Positions 60,582 to 64,000 of a DNA stretch of 64,000 nt are shown here, piece by piece; positions within the stretch are counted from its first letter, which is position 1; each line of letters begins with the position of its first letter. The DNA is from Lingula anatina (lineage: Eukaryota; Animalia; Brachiopoda), in contig CM120643.1 in assembly GCA_051362555.1 (NCBI GenBank), forward strand, positions 7,316,001 through 7,380,000. Direction: 5' to 3'. A program made the position numbers and the translations under genes. The notes under the pieces were generated by a model. It was not told the DNA's origin. It did no database searches and saw only the letters and a program-made list of their open reading frames with translations.

Positions 60582-62237
60582 CAGGGTTACCACTTAATAT
60601 GGAATATTATTTTTTGGCGAGTAAATTTTCTACAAAATATTTAATTTCTCTCTAACTACTTTAAATCCAAAACTGAGGTGTCACTCCATGTGTAGCCAGG
60701 TGTGTTACCTAATTACCACACAACTCTCGAAACAATTGATGCATGCAGCTGCATGTTCTGTGGTCAGAAATGTGAGGGGTGGTCTTTTCGGCAATTTCTG
60801 CCCTTGTATAAAAACGCATGGGTTTGGTCAAATTTTGGAGTGTATTTAGAGAAGCAACAAAGGGATCGCTCTGAAACTTGACAGGTACCTTAGTGAAGAT
60901 ATGGTTCGATAGCTAAGCAACGCAGCTTACTATGGGATTCTTGCTCTCAGAGAAAATGGCCAGAAACGGACAGTCATTGCCAGGTAATTCAAGATTTATC
61001 AGGAACCGTTTGTAAAGTCCTCCAAAGAAATGCTGCAACAGGGGCACCTTCTCCAATACCTCGACCAGGGTGCCCGCGTATCACACCAAAAAGACAGGAT
61101 CGCCTTCTCCTTAGAGGACGCCGTGCTGGTCGTACAAAGACAACCAGTGTCCTCAGAAAAGAGAGGCAGAATGTCATTCAAACGCCCGTTTCAAGGTCCC
61201 TCGTGAACAAGAGATTACTGAAAACCGGTTATTTTGCACGAAGGCCAGTAGGGAAACCACTGTTAAAAGCAGGTCATATACAGCGACGTCTGCAATGGGC
61301 TGGGAACCACGTGCGTTTGCAGCCAAAACATTGGAATCACGTCGTTTTCAGTGATGAGGCCAGATATGGATTTTTTAGGGTTGATGGTCGAATCCGTGTC
61401 CACCGACGTGTACGAGGGGCATAAAACGATGATTGTGTACTGCCTAGGGTGCAAGCAGGGGATGGTAACGTCTCAGTTTGGGGAGCATTTCATGTCGGTG
61501 TCCAGAACCAGTTGGTTTTTCTAGGAGGCAACCTCATCCAGGATTCCTACAGAGACATACTACGGCAAACAATGCCTCGATTGGTAAGAGTCATCTTCAG
61601 GAACAACTTTGTGTACCAGGACGACTGGGCAACCCCACATCGAGGCCGCAGAATCACTGTTTTTCTTCAAAACCAATGGGTTCAGCAACTGCCCTGGCCT
61701 GCAAACTCCCAGATATGAACCCAATTGAAAAACTTGGGACAAAAATAACGCACAGAATTAATAGCTATGGTCATCGGCCGGTAAATAGTGATGAACTGCA
61801 ACAGGCAAATATCACTGCGTGGAATGATATCCCCATCCAAACTCTAAAAAACGTGTCACAGGGTATGCCATGTAGGATGAGGGCGCTGCAAGCGGCTGCT
61901 GGAGGTCATACTCGCAGTTACTGACTTTTCATGATTTACTGTAGTGAGTTCTTTGACTGTGTAACATATCACTGTCCGGAGGCTATCATTTTCTTTAATA
62001 TCTTATCTTAAAGTTAATACTGACATCAAACTGTTGATATGGTTTTCTGGGGGTGTTCCTTTCTTTTGAATGGCATCTTATGTCAGATTTGATATCATTG
62101 ACCAAAATATCTCACAACAGAAGACTGGATGTTTTTATCACTCAGTGACATATTTTTTTAATGACTCAAGCCAAAAAATTAATCAGCACTCAAAAATAAC
62201 AATGATAAAAAATATTCCATATTAAGTAGCAACCCTG
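60582..62237 (+). mobile_element. Tc1 element, full length, transposase pseudogenised (about 60901-61924)
   Basis: 27-bp TIR CAGGGTTACCACTTAATATGGAATATT (25/27) with TA at both ends. Motifs WNHVVFSDEAR, VSVWGAF, FVYQDDWATPH, LPWPANS/PDMNPIEK and GGHTRSY are split by stops and frameshifts. Confidence 0.93.
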
Positions 62238-63372
62238 TATGCTTAGGCTATATTAGATGCGCGTTAATTTTTTCTAAAACGTTCCAAATTTTTTTCCCAA
62301 TTTCAAGTATATTTTCTCAATGCCTGGTAACGAAGGTGTTGCAATTGGCTTCCTAACAGAGTGCAGCTTTGTCGTGTTACGTGTAAAATATTTGATTGTG
62401 CCCTATTAACATATCGTCTAGCTAATCATTAGGGCCCGCTGGGAGGAGGGGGAGGGGTTAGTGATCACAATTCACGGCCGCGGAAAATATCATCAAATCA
62501 CAAATTACAAATAACATAAATTGAATTAGAATTTTATTCATATCTCATTGAAAATGCGAGTCCGGCGAGCTGAAAATAACTATCATCGAGTAGGCCTATA
62601 ATAACTTCGTTCCACTAAAAGGACGAGGGATAGAAACCCGCAATTCACGATTCCCAGGAATGGGGTGCTTCACATCTCGGGGAATGATAAGTGGCTGTTA
62701 CGGGTTAGGAAAATACCCAACGGGGCCTTCAGTCCTTGTCTTAACTAAAATGAGGATTTAATCAATGTCTATAATATTTCAAAACATTATTTAAAGCAAC
62801 TAAAATTAATGATCTGGAGAAAAAATACGTCACGAAGGATTTTCAGCTTTTAAAAGTAGCTGCAAGTTATTTGTTGCGTTATTTAAGATAAACATTCTAG
62901 ACATTTTCTGAGACGTTAAATATTAAACTTGCTTCCAAACAAGTAGGCCTACCTTATTTTTCTAATTTATTGAAAATAAACTTATAGGCAAATGTGAGAT
63001 GGAGTTGCGAGTGACAGTAGAGAAGGTCTAAAAATGAGTCTGCATTTCGTGTTTTGAATATGATTAGCACAGTGCTGAGCTAACTTATGCAACAATTTTC
63101 GTGTGCATTTAAAGACTCATGATCACTAAAGGAAGAGCGAGAGACAAAATGTAGTTATTATTCATCTATACAACGTACCTCCGACCGTGTTGGGAGTTCG
63201 ACCCCCTTGAGGACTCAGATGATAGCTGTCGTCAATACTGCTTTTAAATAGCGTAACAAACGCGATCGTTCTTTGTTCTCATATCATAAACAGGAATCTT
63301 TCTTTAAAAAATTATTAAAGACATCCTAACATTTTATACATATCTGTGAATATCTAGTGAAAACTCCATCTG

Positions 63373-63407
<35 letters not shown>

Positions 63408-63484
63408 GTCTCTGGCCGAATTCACAACCAGTTGATCCTCGGACCAGAATTTATGATAATTAACTGTTATGACTGATAAATGAA

Positions 63485-63941
63485 ACTACATATTTTTCAT
63501 TCGCCCGCATCTTCCGTATCTTTAGGAAAAAAATATATTGAAAACGCATCTGTAAAGATTAACTCTGAAGAGATGAAAAAAATGCCCGAGCTTTCGGCTT
63601 GTGAATCTTCTTCAGGTACCAAAACAAGAATAAACAAGCAAACTACTGGTATAAGTGGCGTATGATACATGTAAAAGGGACACGAAGTTAGAAGTGCGTG
63701 ATAAAGGTTAACGTCTTGAAGATTACATAATAATAAAACAAGACTAATATTCGTTGAGATATTCATTGTCTCTATAAAGTCCTTTTTTGAAGTGTCTAAT
63801 ATTTTTATGAACTTCTTCTCGACAATCCGTCTTGGTTTTTGTGTCGCGTATGTGTCCATTTAAAATGGTGACTGTTTGTACTGTGGTGGTTCTTGATGCG
63901 AGTTTTAAGGGCGTAAGACAGCTTTTTTCTATCGTTTTCAC
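63485..63941 (-). mobile_element. Penelope-like retroelement 3' end (GIY-YIG C-terminus and pseudo-LTR)
   Basis: Frameshifted TVTILNGHIRDTK / RRIVEKKFIKILDT / KKGLYRDNEYLNEY* resembles the PLE endonuclease end (R..E..I....T...GLN.D). It is followed by the hammerhead-like CTGAAGA...GCCGAAAGCTCGG at 63615-63587. Confidence 0.7.
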
Positions 63942-64000
63942 TTTTAATTACTATTAGTTCTATTACTGTACATAGATACCAATTATCTGCGCTTTAAGCT

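Noticed and set aside
63497-63941. L2/CR1 ORF2 tether fragment
   Set aside because: The initial resemblance is weaker than the match to a Penelope GIY-YIG C-terminus followed by a hammerhead motif.

Overview
AT-rich metazoan (probably marine invertebrate; inferred) genomic DNA dominated by transposable elements. No prokaryotic features are present. The only clear host gene is an intronless FASTK/RAP-family mitochondrial RNA-binding protein gene (minus strand, 7379-5334). The main mobile elements are: an intact Mag-type Gypsy LTR retrotransposon with identical 279-bp LTRs (53847-58740); a full-length hAT transposon with a 10-exon transposase (33412-39972), whose exon 5 is interrupted by a TA-targeting element carrying a HIRAN-like fragment; a non-autonomous copy of that hAT with a 6-bp TSD; a 5'-truncated Gypsy whose 3' region carries two splice-acceptor-led accessory ORFs; two decayed Tc1 elements; two Penelope-like ends with minimal hammerhead ribozyme motifs; an L2 LINE tail; a 935-bp near-perfect foldback; many MITEs and tandem repeats; and a local duplication whose two copies provide empty sites for each other's insertions. 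All calls come from reading and translating by eye; no database searches were run.
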